From: an uncultured bacterium
GTDB taxonomy: Bacteria > Patescibacteriota > Minisyncoccia > Phycocordibacterales > CAIZLB01
DNA length: 37,393 bases
Direction: 5' to 3'
Assembly (NCBI GenBank): GCA_937873535.1
Contig: CALMYA010000004.1
Location: 1 to 37,393 of the forward strand
This document shows, in pieces, positions 25,436 to 36,930 of the stretch (position 1 is its first letter; each line of letters begins with the position of its first letter). A program made the position numbers and the translations under genes. The notes beneath the pieces are model-generated. The model was not told where the DNA came from, did no database searches, and saw nothing but the letters and a program-made list of their open reading frames with translations.

Positions 25436-26155
25436 TTACACGAAATAAAACTCGTCGAACACCCTCTTGAAATCGGCTATTACTTCGTCGGCAGATGAAC
25501 GAGAAAGCTTGAACGCTGCGCCTTCGTGCGCAATGGTATTTCTTACCTTGTGAGCCTTCCAGGCATCCTGAATTGTTTTAAAGTGAGCTGGGTCTACCTG
25601 CTTAAGCTTCTCGCCTATCGACTCGCCAGAATAGCCCATTTGACCAAGCATGTCTTCAAGTAGAATATCGGCTTCAAGAATAGCCACACGCCAATCGGCC
25701 GGGTTCCCCGACTGCATCAAACCTTCTATATCTTTCCAACGCGGGTCTGGGGCAGCCGAAACAAGCTGTTCATGAATTGGAAGAGCGGCAGTCTTTTTAG
25801 GCATAGCCGCTTCATCCATCTTTCTTCGAATTTCGCTGTACATTGTTTGCGCATACATAATGCCGCATATGAACGCCAAAGAAAGAAAAATGGAAATGTA
25901 GCTTGCAGCCGTTACTGTGCCTTCAAACCCTGCCGTAATTCGCTCGCCAAGATCTGAAGGAAATACCTGCTCGCTCGTTGTGCCGAACAATTTAAATACC
26001 GCCGGCAAAATAATAAAAATAACCATAACAGAAACCAAAGCAATAATTCCGAGCGTACCCTCAAGCGATGGCCCTCCAGAACCGCCACTCGGCTTTCCAG
26101 CAGGTTTGCCCTTGTCTTTACCGCCGCCCCCTTTGTCAGGTTTTTTTTCTGCCAT
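25436..26155 (-). CDS. Membrane protein with a Gly/Lys-rich N-terminus, 2 TM segments and a C-terminal HEPN-like (DUF4145-like) domain
   Basis: The C-terminal AWKAHKVRNTIAHEGAAF contains an Rx4H motif (RNTIAH). The assignment is from motif recognition only. Confidence 0.6.
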   Translation of the reverse strand: MAEKKPDKGGGGKDKGKPAGKPSGGSGGPSLEGTLGIIALVSVMVIFIILPAVFKLFGTTSEQVFPSDLGERITAGFEGTVTAASYISIFLSLAFICGIMYAQTMYSEIRRKMDEAAMPKKTAALPIHEQLVSAAPDPRWKDIEGLMQSGNPADWRVAILEADILLEDMLGQMGYSGESIGEKLKQVDPAHFKTIQDAWKAHKVRNTIAHEGAAFKLSRSSADEVIADFKRVFDEFYFV

Positions 26156-26191
26156 ATATCAATATATAGTATACATCACCAAATTACGACC

Positions 26192-27712
26192 CTAGCGAAT
26201 CGACTCGAATTTCTTTCCAACTTCAAAAAGTATATCTTCTCTACAATGCGGTGCCATAAACTGAATACCGAGCGGCAACATGTGTTCGCCAGCTTCATCT
26301 TTTACAGAAACAGCTCCCGAGGGCACGGCCAAGGCCGGGATGCCGACAAGGTTCGCGGTTATAGTGAACACGTCTTCAAGATACATTTGTATGAGGTCAT
26401 CGGAGTGTGCACCAATTTTAAACGCAGGTGTGGGTGCCGTAGGTGTCAAAATAACATCTACATCTTCAAAGGCTTTGTTGAAATCTGCACGAATAAGTTC
26501 GCGAACGATATTCGCTTTATTGTAGTATGCGTCATAGTAACCGCTCGAAAGCACATATGTGCCGAGCATGATGCGTCGCCTAACCTCCTTGCCAAGTAGT
26601 TCACCGCGAGTATTCAAATAGTCGCCCAACAAATCGCTTCCCTCTTTGCTTACTTTTCCACCATACTTAACTCCATCGAATCGCGACATGTTCGAAGAAA
26701 CTTCTGCCGGCATAATAATATAGTAAACAGGCAATGAGTATTTGATGTGAGGCAGGCTAATTTCTTTTATTTCGCACCCAGCCGCGCGAAGTTTTTCAAT
26801 AGACTGCTTCAAGTTTTCTAAAACTGCTGGGTCTATGCCGCCGATATTCATAAGTTCAGGAACAATGCCTATTCTCATTTTCATAGCCGAACCTTCGCCC
26901 TCTGTTTTGTGCGTTGCGGCACGCTGCAATGCTTCAGTTTCGCCAACCGAAGTGCCGTCGTATCTGTCTCCTTTTCCTTCAGAATCGTCTGCGCTGTTTT
27001 TTACAACATTAAAAATAATTTCAGCATCCTCAACCGTTTTTGTTATAGGGCCGATAACATCAAGTGAGGAACCCATTGCCATAAGACCATGCCTCGAAAC
27101 TCTTCCATATGTTGGCTTCAACCCCACGGTGCCGCAATAGCTCGACGGCTGACGTATTGAGCCTCCTGTGTCTGAACCTATTGCAGCAAGAGCGCTATTC
27201 ATAGCAACGGCCGCAGTAGAGCCGCCCGATGAGCCGCCTGCAACGCGTGACAAGTCATTCGGATTTTTAGTAACACCATACGCCGAGTTTTCAGTAGAAC
27301 CGCCCATCGCGAATTCGTCCATGTTCACCCTTCCTATAAATACTGCGCCTGCCGCTTTTAATTTTTTAATTGCTGTTGCGTCATAGGGCGCAACGTAGTG
27401 TTCAAGCAGTTTAGACGCGGCACTTGCCACTCTTCCTTCAATTGTAATGTTGTCTTTTATTGCAAATGGAATACCGAGAAGTGGCATGTTCTGTAGTGCA
27501 GCCGCATCAGTACCAACCACAGCACGTTTAGCGTCAGAAGCCTTAGCCTGCTCAATTGCATCCTTAAAAACTTCAAGGTAGGCGTTCACATCGCCATTCT
27601 TCGTTTCAATTTCTTTCAAATACGCCGCCACAAGTGCCTCACTCGTAAGCTCGCCGCTTTCCATAAGTGTTCGCGCTTTAGCTATTGTAAGTTTTTGCAG
27701 ATCGAGGGTCAT
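26192..27712 (-). CDS. gatA: Glu-tRNA(Gln)/Asp-tRNA(Asn) amidotransferase subunit A
   Basis: Amidase signature GGSSGGSTAAVA and the catalytic GSDTGGSIRQP. gatC lies immediately upstream. Confidence 0.95.
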   Translation of the reverse strand: MTLDLQKLTIAKARTLMESGELTSEALVAAYLKEIETKNGDVNAYLEVFKDAIEQAKASDAKRAVVGTDAAALQNMPLLGIPFAIKDNITIEGRVASAASKLLEHYVAPYDATAIKKLKAAGAVFIGRVNMDEFAMGGSTENSAYGVTKNPNDLSRVAGGSSGGSTAAVAMNSALAAIGSDTGGSIRQPSSYCGTVGLKPTYGRVSRHGLMAMGSSLDVIGPITKTVEDAEIIFNVVKNSADDSEGKGDRYDGTSVGETEALQRAATHKTEGEGSAMKMRIGIVPELMNIGGIDPAVLENLKQSIEKLRAAGCEIKEISLPHIKYSLPVYYIIMPAEVSSNMSRFDGVKYGGKVSKEGSDLLGDYLNTRGELLGKEVRRRIMLGTYVLSSGYYDAYYNKANIVRELIRADFNKAFEDVDVILTPTAPTPAFKIGAHSDDLIQMYLEDVFTITANLVGIPALAVPSGAVSVKDEAGEHMLPLGIQFMAPHCREDILFEVGKKFESIR

Positions 27713-27743
27713 GGCAGATGTATCTTTTTATCTTTATTTATAT

Positions 27744-28043
27744 TTAATTGAGAATTTTTTTAACCTTCACGAGGCCGTCTTGTGATTCAGGAGCAGCGGA
27801 AATAAGCTTCTCGCCCGAAGCTATAAGCTCACGATCATCGACGTCTTCACGCAATATGTTTCTATGAAGAATATCTGAAGGTTTCTTGACGTTAGCTCCG
27901 CCACCTTCAGACACCTCTTTAATTTGCTCAACATACCCCAAAATAGAATCAATTTCTTTGGTGAATTGAGCAAGCTCTTCGTCTGAAAGCTTCAAGCGCG
28001 AAAGTGAAGCGAGTTTTTGTATATCTGACTGGCTTAATGACAT
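27744..28043 (-). CDS. gatC: Amidotransferase subunit C
   Basis: 99 aa. IQKLASLSRLKLSDEE...ILGYVEQI is typical of GatC, and the gene is adjacent to gatA. Confidence 0.85.
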   Translation of the reverse strand: MSLSQSDIQKLASLSRLKLSDEELAQFTKEIDSILGYVEQIKEVSEGGGANVKKPSDILHRNILREDVDDRELIASGEKLISAAPESQDGLVKVKKILN

Positions 28044-28059
28044 GCCTTGGATAATACCA

Positions 28060-30261
<2,202 letters not shown>

Positions 30262-30269
30262 TTACCCTA

Positions 30270-30950
30270 TTAATAGTCTATTCTCACGGCACGTTCAACC
30301 ACCCTGTTGCTGGTTATATTGCATGTACCGTCGCCTGCCCCGCCGTTAATGAGCCCAATGCCTACAGGGCCCGAAAATGGAGTATTGTATCCGCGGGCAT
30401 CAACGGTAGTTCTTTCTACAGGCTGTCCTGATGAATTATCTACCCATTTTGCAACCTGGACCTTGGCGCATGTGCCTTTTTGGCCGCCCACTTCAAGACC
30501 CGACACTGTATCTGCAAAATCGATGCTGAAGGTCGTCGTTGCCGCATTTACAGGGTCGACCCCGTCATTTTCAAGCACCTTAACGAAGCTTCCCACTCTG
30601 CCTGTCGAATCTGTTCCATCGCCGCAATATATTTCGTATCTTCCGCCTATTGAAGCTTCATATTCGGTTGATGTGGCGAATGCGCCATATGCCGTTGTTG
30701 TACCGTTCTCACCTTTTCTGTCCCAATATAGAGCACATTCGGCAGCGCTATCGGCTGCGTAAAAAGCAATTTGCGATTCACGGCTCGACTGCGAAAATAT
30801 GAGCTGCTTCAAAATAATATTGCTCAATGAAAAGCCAATAGCAAGAAGAAGGCTTGTTACTATGAGAGCAACGAACAGAGTAAAACCCTTGGTTGTTTTT
30901 GCGCGAGCCTGAACTTTTTTTGAAAATGTAATGTGTTTTTTGTAATTCAT
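30270..30950 (-). CDS. PilX-like minor pilin / pilus tip-associated protein
   Basis: The N-terminal KGFTLFVALIVTSLLLAIGF is a pilin-like hydrophobic helix without Glu at +5. It is the last gene of the pilin cluster. Confidence 0.6.
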   Translation of the reverse strand: MNYKKHITFSKKVQARAKTTKGFTLFVALIVTSLLLAIGFSLSNIILKQLIFSQSSRESQIAFYAADSAAECALYWDRKGENGTTTAYGAFATSTEYEASIGGRYEIYCGDGTDSTGRVGSFVKVLENDGVDPVNAATTTFSIDFADTVSGLEVGGQKGTCAKVQVAKWVDNSSGQPVERTTVDARGYNTPFSGPVGIGLINGGAGDGTCNITSNRVVERAVRIDY

Positions 30951-30974
30951 ATTTGTGGAATGCCGCAGTGTGCC

Positions 30975-31616
30975 CTATTCGTCACTTTCGAGCTGCCAAT
31001 TAAATAGGTGCTCGGTTACCGTTACGTTGTGCGCAATAGAGCCTGTTGACCATGAGACAATAACCGTAATTACTAGCTCTCTGTTCAGGTCAGGGTCGGA
31101 AGCAGCACGGCTCAAATAAACTTCTCGGGTAAAAAGAGAGTCAGGAAGTAGATCGTTGTCATCGCCATACACACCGGCTACTTCGTCGTATTTCAGCTTG
31201 CAGTTCAAAACACATTGTTCAATTACGAAATGCCCGTTTCGGCGCAACAAGCCAAGTTTTATATTTTTTGATTCTGCTGCATTTATATATGGGTCGCCAT
31301 CTAATGGGTCGGCGGCTATTTCTTTAAGCCACGTCGCAGAACTCGGTTCTCGCAAACCGTTCTGGTCGCGAATATTTCTTATATATTCTATGGGTTCCTG
31401 CGCTAAATATGCCGCCGTTATTTCATCGCGTGAAAAATATGAAGACTTAAGCGACGAAGAAATAATAGATAGCGGGCCGGTCAACGCTATTACTAAGATG
31501 GAAATTGCCACGAGTGTTTCAACAATAGTGAAACCTCCGCGGCCGCGGCCACATCGACCGCTAAACAAATTTTTTTCTTCCTTTTCTTTATAAAATTTTG
31601 ATGATTCTTTTAACAT
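30975..31616 (-). CDS. Minor (pseudo)pilin with a prepilin-type N-terminal cleavage/methylation motif
   Basis: GGFTIVETLVAISILVIAL (G|FTxxE). Confidence 0.75.
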   Translation of the reverse strand: MLKESSKFYKEKEEKNLFSGRCGRGRGGFTIVETLVAISILVIALTGPLSIISSSLKSSYFSRDEITAAYLAQEPIEYIRNIRDQNGLREPSSATWLKEIAADPLDGDPYINAAESKNIKLGLLRRNGHFVIEQCVLNCKLKYDEVAGVYGDDNDLLPDSLFTREVYLSRAASDPDLNRELVITVIVSWSTGSIAHNVTVTEHLFNWQLESDE

Positions 31617-31625
31617 GAATGTGTA

Positions 31626-32303
31626 TTAGATGTTGAGAAGCCTTTGCGATATATATGTTTGAATACTGAAACCAGATACGTCGGTATCTTTGTTGCCTAT
31701 TCGTACGTTTCCTTTTGTCGTCACAAACACGTCGGGTTGGGTGGCCACCGACTTATCTGGCAAGGTGTTCGCCGGCTGCGGGTTATTTATATAAAAGCTG
31801 AGGTCGAGAATGTCTATGTCTGGCGTAGTAAGTGGCGCCGTAACAGGGCTCGCTGTTGTGGTGTCGTAAACTGTCTTCCAAATTCTTCCCGTATCCGTGC
31901 TATTTCCGGGAACAAAATAATATTCAACAATGCGTGGCTGGCCAGTAAGAGTTGAAATGAATGTAATATATGTTTTTGCAGAGCTTGAGCATGCATATGT
32001 GCCGCTGACATAGCGCTGCTTGAACGAAAGCAAATCACTAAAACTTTCACCGATACTGCCGTAGTCGGCGCATACGTACCAATACCCCGTCTTTATATCT
32101 CGAATCATACTTTCAATAGAGAAGTTCAAGTTGTTCACCACTGAGTTGATAGTCTGCGACTTTCTGTTCCCATTTATGATACCGAAAATAACCGAAGTAC
32201 TAAGAAGCATGACGACAGCAAAGAGACCGACGGCCACCATCATTTCAACAAGGGTGAAGCCTTTATTTTTGTACATATGCTGTTTGTTTTGTGAAAGTTT
32301 CAT
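31626..32303 (-). CDS. Minor (pseudo)pilin with a prepilin-type N-terminal motif
   Basis: KGFTLVEMMVAVGLFAVVML. Confidence 0.75.
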   Translation of the reverse strand: MKLSQNKQHMYKNKGFTLVEMMVAVGLFAVVMLLSTSVIFGIINGNRKSQTINSVVNNLNFSIESMIRDIKTGYWYVCADYGSIGESFSDLLSFKQRYVSGTYACSSSAKTYITFISTLTGQPRIVEYYFVPGNSTDTGRIWKTVYDTTTASPVTAPLTTPDIDILDLSFYINNPQPANTLPDKSVATQPDVFVTTKGNVRIGNKDTDVSGFSIQTYISQRLLNI

Positions 32304-32313
32304 ATTCGTTTAA

Positions 32314-32997
32314 TCAACAAGCGCCATTATCACTAGCTTTTTCTATGCGTATCTGGCCAGTAGGTTCAATAATGACTGCACGGCAATTAGTTCCGTCGAC
32401 ATTGTCGACGACGACATATGCAGGGCCTATAGAGAGCGCTCCTCCAGTGTCTCCTGCATAGAATTTTGCCTCAAGATTCGGACGTTTGAACAAAATACGT
32501 AATGAATCGACGCTTGCACTAGAGCCCCGACTGCATGGTGAACCATTCAAGGCACCGAGGCATATGGCCTTTATTTTATTTCCACGTTGTTCAGTGAACA
32601 CATACTGATACTGCGCTTCGTCTAAGTCAGAATCGTATACCGTATTTTCGTTCTTATCATTAAAAAGAATAATTCGGTCAGGGCTGTTTATCGTAAAATA
32701 AGTACCAAACTGGCCGCTGAACACTTCGGTGCCGCCGAAATTACGCACACCAACACCATATACCTGTGCTTCACGAACTGAAAGCGCCGTTTCGTAAGCA
32801 AGGTTGGTCATAAGCACGCCGCTGTTCAGGCGGTTCTGGTCGAGCAATGCCACAGTGGTAATGATGGTAAAAATGGCAATGACGATAATAAGCTCGGCAA
32901 TTGTAAAACCCGCCTGCTTTATCTTTTTAAGATTTTTATATCTTTTTGTATTTTTCAAAAAAGTTGAATGGGTTTGCATGGAAGGAATTACGTACAT
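32314..32997 (-). CDS. Minor (pseudo)pilin with a prepilin-type N-terminal motif and a long leader
   Basis: AGFTIAELIIVIAIFTIITTV follows a ~29-aa leader. The start abuts the pilD stop. Confidence 0.75.
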   Translation of the reverse strand: MYVIPSMQTHSTFLKNTKRYKNLKKIKQAGFTIAELIIVIAIFTIITTVALLDQNRLNSGVLMTNLAYETALSVREAQVYGVGVRNFGGTEVFSGQFGTYFTINSPDRIILFNDKNENTVYDSDLDEAQYQYVFTEQRGNKIKAICLGALNGSPCSRGSSASVDSLRILFKRPNLEAKFYAGDTGGALSIGPAYVVVDNVDGTNCRAVIIEPTGQIRIEKASDNGAC

Positions 32998-33873
32998 TTA
33001 GATGTAGAAGATACTGAACATATTATATCCAAAAAAGAGCACAATGAGGAGGCCTAAAACCAGGAACGGTGCAAAAGGTATTTCTGTCTTCATCGACAGC
33101 CGCGGTAAAAAAGACAGCAAACCTGGTGTTTTTGTGCTCTCGGTGTCCCCTTCTGCCTCGCCCGCTTCTTTCGACAAGAAGCGCAAAAGCATTATGCCTA
33201 AAGACGCAGCCGCGCCTATCCAAAAACTATATATTATTGCCGTAGCGCCGGCACCAAGCCCCAAGAGCCAGCCAATGCCGAGCGCCAGCTTCGCATCGCC
33301 AAGGCCCATCCATCTTCCACCCGAAACAAGCCACAGTAAATAGAATGGAAAGGCCAAAATAAGACCCGCAGCAATGTACAGCACTGGCGGCCATACCATG
33401 TGAAGCATGCCTTGCGCATCAAAAGAAAAAAATATATTTACGAATGCCAAGCCTGAAAAGATAAAAACAAATTTATCTGGAATAATTTTGTGGCGAATAT
33501 CATAGACAGTAATGATGACGAGAACTGAAAGAATAACAAGCAAGAACGCAGTTCTTATAACGAACTGAGAAAAGCTCACAGCAGCAAAAGGTAAAGAAAT
33601 AAAAGCTGCAGCTGCGAATAATATACCTGTGAGTATTTCGACAGCCGGATATTGCCAAGATACTTTGCTTTTGCAGGTGCGGCATCTTCCTTTAAACATT
33701 AAAAAGCTAAATACAGGAACGAGGTCGACTGCGCCGAGAGAGCGACGGCATGAAAAACATTTTGAACGGCCACCTAGGTTGCGGCCGGTATTGTGGCGAA
33801 AGATAACCACGTTCAGAAAACTTCCGATAATGCAGCCGAAGACAAAAAAGAGCGCTATTGCTGTATATTCCAT
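32998..33873 (-). CDS. pilD: Prepilin peptidase / N-methyltransferase (A24 family)
   Basis: The N-terminal Cys pairs are CFSCRRSL...CRTCKSKV. The protein is polytopic with a GLGDAKL aspartyl-protease motif. Confidence 0.9.
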   Translation of the reverse strand: MEYTAIALFFVFGCIIGSFLNVVIFRHNTGRNLGGRSKCFSCRRSLGAVDLVPVFSFLMFKGRCRTCKSKVSWQYPAVEILTGILFAAAAFISLPFAAVSFSQFVIRTAFLLVILSVLVIITVYDIRHKIIPDKFVFIFSGLAFVNIFFSFDAQGMLHMVWPPVLYIAAGLILAFPFYLLWLVSGGRWMGLGDAKLALGIGWLLGLGAGATAIIYSFWIGAAASLGIMLLRFLSKEAGEAEGDTESTKTPGLLSFLPRLSMKTEIPFAPFLVLGLLIVLFFGYNMFSIFYI

Positions 33874-33904
33874 TCACTATATCTTACCACGAAACGCTCA
33901 AAAC

Positions 33905-33930
33905 AAAAAACCGCCCGAAGGCGGTTTTTT
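33905..33930 (-). terminator. Strong intrinsic terminator after the major pilin gene (bidirectional shape)
   Basis: AAAAAA-CCGCC-CGAA-GGCGG-TTTTTT. The minus-strand reading ends in TTTTTTGTTTT. Confidence 0.8.
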
Positions 33931-33963
33931 GAATCAGGAAAACCTGAAAGATAACCTACTAAA

Positions 33964-34410
33964 CTATACGCAGAGTGCAGATGCACTAACAGTTGTAGTT
34001 GTTGTTGTAGCTTCTGATTTACCTGTACTGTCTACGCAATAGTTCATACCGTTAAGAGTCGCGCTAACGCCCCAAGCAGTTGTTGAAGCAACACATGTAG
34101 GTGTTACGCTTTTTGCCGCCAAACCTGCAAGCAAGTTAGAGAGGCTGTTTGCTCCTACGAATACCGAGTTTGCGCCAGAACATGATGTTACAGTCGTTGT
34201 GTTACCGCTTGTGAGGTAAGAGTTACTACCAGTTGTACTGTAGTAAAGTTCTGCCTGAGCTCGCATGTTAGCAAGTTCTGACTGAACAGCCGCAGCTGTA
34301 CCTCGTGATCGTGCTGTTGTAAGTGAAGCCAATACTACTGATGAGAGGATACCGATGATGGCGATAACCACCAAGAGCTCGATAAGAGTGAAACCTTTAG
34401 AATTCTTCAT
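33964..34410 (-). CDS. Major type IV pilin
   Basis: MKNSKGFTLIELLVVIAIIGILSSVVLASL is a class III signal peptide. The 148-aa gene is bracketed by its own promoter-like element and terminator. Confidence 0.9.
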   Translation of the reverse strand: MKNSKGFTLIELLVVIAIIGILSSVVLASLTTARSRGTAAAVQSELANMRAQAELYYSTTGSNSYLTSGNTTTVTSCSGANSVFVGANSLSNLLAGLAAKSVTPTCVASTTAWGVSATLNGMNYCVDSTGKSEATTTTTTVSASALCV

Positions 34411-34486
34411 AATAAATATCTATTTCTGTTATTTTTAATTTTAGCCTAATAATTTCCGTTCTTCGACAGATCGAAAATGTACCTAC

Positions 34487-34492
34487 ATTATA
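34487..34492 (-). promoter_or_regulatory. Candidate -10 box (TATAAT) for the pilin gene
   Basis: The minus strand reads ...TAAACA-N17-TATAAT about 80 nt upstream of the pilin ATG. The match is to consensus only. Confidence 0.3.
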
Positions 34493-34522
34493 ACAGCTGC
34501 GCGGGGTGCTTGTTTAGGTCTA

Positions 34523-34531
34523 TGTGGATAA
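34523..34531 (-). promoter_or_regulatory. Perfect DnaA-box consensus (TTATCCACA on the minus strand)
   Basis: TGTGGATAA at 34523-34531, in the pilC-pilin gap, 7 nt from hairpin copy B. Confidence 0.25.
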
Positions 34532-34538
34532 CATCCTC

Positions 34539-34605
34539 AAACAAAATACCTCATTTCCCGCGTATGCGTATCTGCGATATACGGTGGAAATGAGGTATTT
34601 TGTTT
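34539..34605. repeat. Long intergenic hairpin, copy B. 20-bp stem (34539-34558 / 34586-34605), inner 5-bp stem, and the same 13-nt loop GCGTATCTGCGAT as copy A.
   Basis: Read directly from the sequence. The 17-nt apex ATGCGTATCTGCGATAT at 34564-34580 is identical to 8151-8167. Confidence 0.85.
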
Positions 34606-34615
34606 TCGGAACCTT

Positions 34616-35824
34616 TTAAATACTGGAGGAGATATTGTAGATAGGAATGAGGACAGACGCAAGAAGGAAGCCTACACCTAAGCCGAGGAGTACTATCATC
34701 ACCGGCTCAATAAGACCTACAAGGGTGTCTACGGCATTTACCACTTCACGCTGGTAGAACCTAGCCAAAGTCTTCAAAATATTACCGAGCTCGCCTGTTT
34801 CTTCACCAACTTTTATCATTTGCACCAAAATACCAGGGATTTCAGGGTATCGGCCAATGGCGTCAGAAAGTGGCGCTCCTCCTTTAACGGCATCTAAGCT
34901 TTGCTTAACTATATCTTCATAAATAACATTGTCTACAACATTTGAGGTAAGTTCGAGTGCTTTAATCATCGGGATACCGCTTCCGAGCATAGTGTTAAGG
35001 TTATCGGATATTCGCGAAAGGTAGAGTTTGCGGTAGAGGTCGCCTACATATGGCGTGTCGATGCGAAGCCGCGCGAAGAAAACCTTGCCAGCTGGGGTCA
35101 TACCGAAACGTATGATGAGAAATATACCGACAATAACAGCAATAAGGAAAAACCAGCCGAAATCTACAAGAAAATTACTGAGATTAATTACAATTTGTGT
35201 ATAAATAGGAATTTTCTGCCCAGAGTCGGTAATGATTGTACTAATTTTAGGAATAACCACCGTAAGCATAAGTGCCATCACCACAATAAATGTAAAGACG
35301 ACGAAGGCCGGGTAAATAAGGGCGTTCTTAACCTTCGAGGTTACTTCATAATTTCTGTCGAGATAGTCGGCAAGGTATTCGAAAGTCTCATCGAGCTTAC
35401 CAGACTCTTCGCCAGCCTTAACCATGTTCACATAAAAGCCTGAAAACACCTTTCCGTGCTTAGACATAGCTCCCGATATTGTCATTCCTCCTTGAATATC
35501 TTCTGACACTTCAAACAATACCTTGCGGAGTGGCCGGCTTTCAGTTTCGGAAGCAAGAAGCTTAAATACGCGAAGAGCCGAAACTTGCGCGCCGAACAAT
35601 GTGGCAATTTGCCTTGAAAGAATTACTACTTCTTTATTGCTTATGCGGTCGAAGAATGTAATTTCTTTGGCAAAAATACCGCCCTGTTCATCGGCCGGCT
35701 TTATTGTAGTAATTACAAAACCGCGTCGCTGAAGCGAGTTAATGGCGATGTCTATGTTTATCGCATCAATAGAGCCTTCTGTTTCCGCCCCTGATTCATT
35801 TAGTGCTTTGTATTTGAATAACAT
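34616..35824 (-). CDS. pilC: Type IV pilus platform protein (GspF/PilC family)
   Basis: 402 aa with two GspF-type repeats and 3 TM segments. The C-terminus LLGLGVGFLLASVLIPIY is typical. Confidence 0.9.
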   Translation of the reverse strand: MLFKYKALNESGAETEGSIDAINIDIAINSLQRRGFVITTIKPADEQGGIFAKEITFFDRISNKEVVILSRQIATLFGAQVSALRVFKLLASETESRPLRKVLFEVSEDIQGGMTISGAMSKHGKVFSGFYVNMVKAGEESGKLDETFEYLADYLDRNYEVTSKVKNALIYPAFVVFTFIVVMALMLTVVIPKISTIITDSGQKIPIYTQIVINLSNFLVDFGWFFLIAVIVGIFLIIRFGMTPAGKVFFARLRIDTPYVGDLYRKLYLSRISDNLNTMLGSGIPMIKALELTSNVVDNVIYEDIVKQSLDAVKGGAPLSDAIGRYPEIPGILVQMIKVGEETGELGNILKTLARFYQREVVNAVDTLVGLIEPVMIVLLGLGVGFLLASVLIPIYNISSSI

Positions 35825-35843
35825 TGTTTTTTATCTCTTTAAT

Positions 35844-36905
35844 TTACAGCAATTTCTCGAGAACTTTCGGGTTAAGCGAATGCTGATACGCATTCTCGAT
35901 ACTGATTTCGCCCCGACGAACTAGGTCGGCAAGGCTTCTGTCCATATCTATCATACCTTCTTGAGCACCCGTTTCAATTACAGTATTAATTTCATGCGTG
36001 CGCTTTTCGCGAATTAAGTTCGAAACCGCATTGTTCGCTACTAGAAGTTCATAAGCTGGAATCATACCACCAGAAATGCGAGGGATAAGCCTCTGAGAAA
36101 ATATTCCTGAAAGTGATGCAGAAAGTTGAATGCGAATTTGGTCTTGCTGCGAAGGCGGAAAGGTATCGATGATTCGGTCGATAGTTTGCGCAGCATTGTT
36201 TGTGTGCAGTGTCGAAAAAACCATGTGCCCAGTTTCAGCTGCAGTTACAGCCGCAGACATTGTTTCGTGCCCGCGCATTTCTCCGAGAAGAATAACGTTC
36301 ACGTCTTGGCGAAGCACCGATGTAAGAGCCTGCTCAAATGAGTCGGTATCGGTTCCAAGTTCTCGTTGGTCGATAATAGACTTTTTCTGGTCGTACACAT
36401 ATTCAACAGGGTCTTCAATAGTAATAATATGCTCGGCCCTTTCTTGGTTAATAAGCTCTATCATACTGGCAAGAGTTGTTGTTTTACCCTGCCCTACCGG
36501 CCCTACCACCAAAAAGAAACCCTGCTTCCTTCTTGCAAATGTTTCAAGCATCGGGGGCAAGTTGAGTTCTGATATTGTTTTTATTTGTTTAGGAATAAGA
36601 CGGAGCGCAATACTATAAAAACCTTGCTGCATAAAAGCATTGCCGCGGAAACGCGCATCTTTGCTGAAGGTGTAGCCGAAGTCGCACTCGCGCGTTTCAA
36701 TAAACTTTTTCTCTTTTTCGTCGCCTATCATAACCAAAAGCATTCCCATTATATCTTCGTGCGTAAGCAAAGGTTTCTTTACCAAAGGAAACAAAGAGCC
36801 GCTGATGCGGATTGTTGGGCACCGGCCTTCAGAGAGGTGCAAGTCGGAAGCGCCTTCCTTGACCACCGTAGCTAAAAGTTCATCGAGTTCATCTTTGTAA
36901 TTCAT
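35844..36905 (-). CDS. pilT: Type IV pilus retraction ATPase (PilT family)
   Basis: 353 aa. GASDLHL, Walker A GPVGQGKTTT, Walker B ILLGEMRG, the His box GHMVFSTLHTNNAAQTIDRI, and the PilT motif AVSNLIREKRTHEI. Confidence 0.9.
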   Translation of the reverse strand: MNYKDELDELLATVVKEGASDLHLSEGRCPTIRISGSLFPLVKKPLLTHEDIMGMLLVMIGDEKEKKFIETRECDFGYTFSKDARFRGNAFMQQGFYSIALRLIPKQIKTISELNLPPMLETFARRKQGFFLVVGPVGQGKTTTLASMIELINQERAEHIITIEDPVEYVYDQKKSIIDQRELGTDTDSFEQALTSVLRQDVNVILLGEMRGHETMSAAVTAAETGHMVFSTLHTNNAAQTIDRIIDTFPPSQQDQIRIQLSASLSGIFSQRLIPRISGGMIPAYELLVANNAVSNLIREKRTHEINTVIETGAQEGMIDMDRSLADLVRRGEISIENAYQHSLNPKVLEKLL

Positions 36906-36930
36906 TGTGTAAATATAATATTAAATTCTC

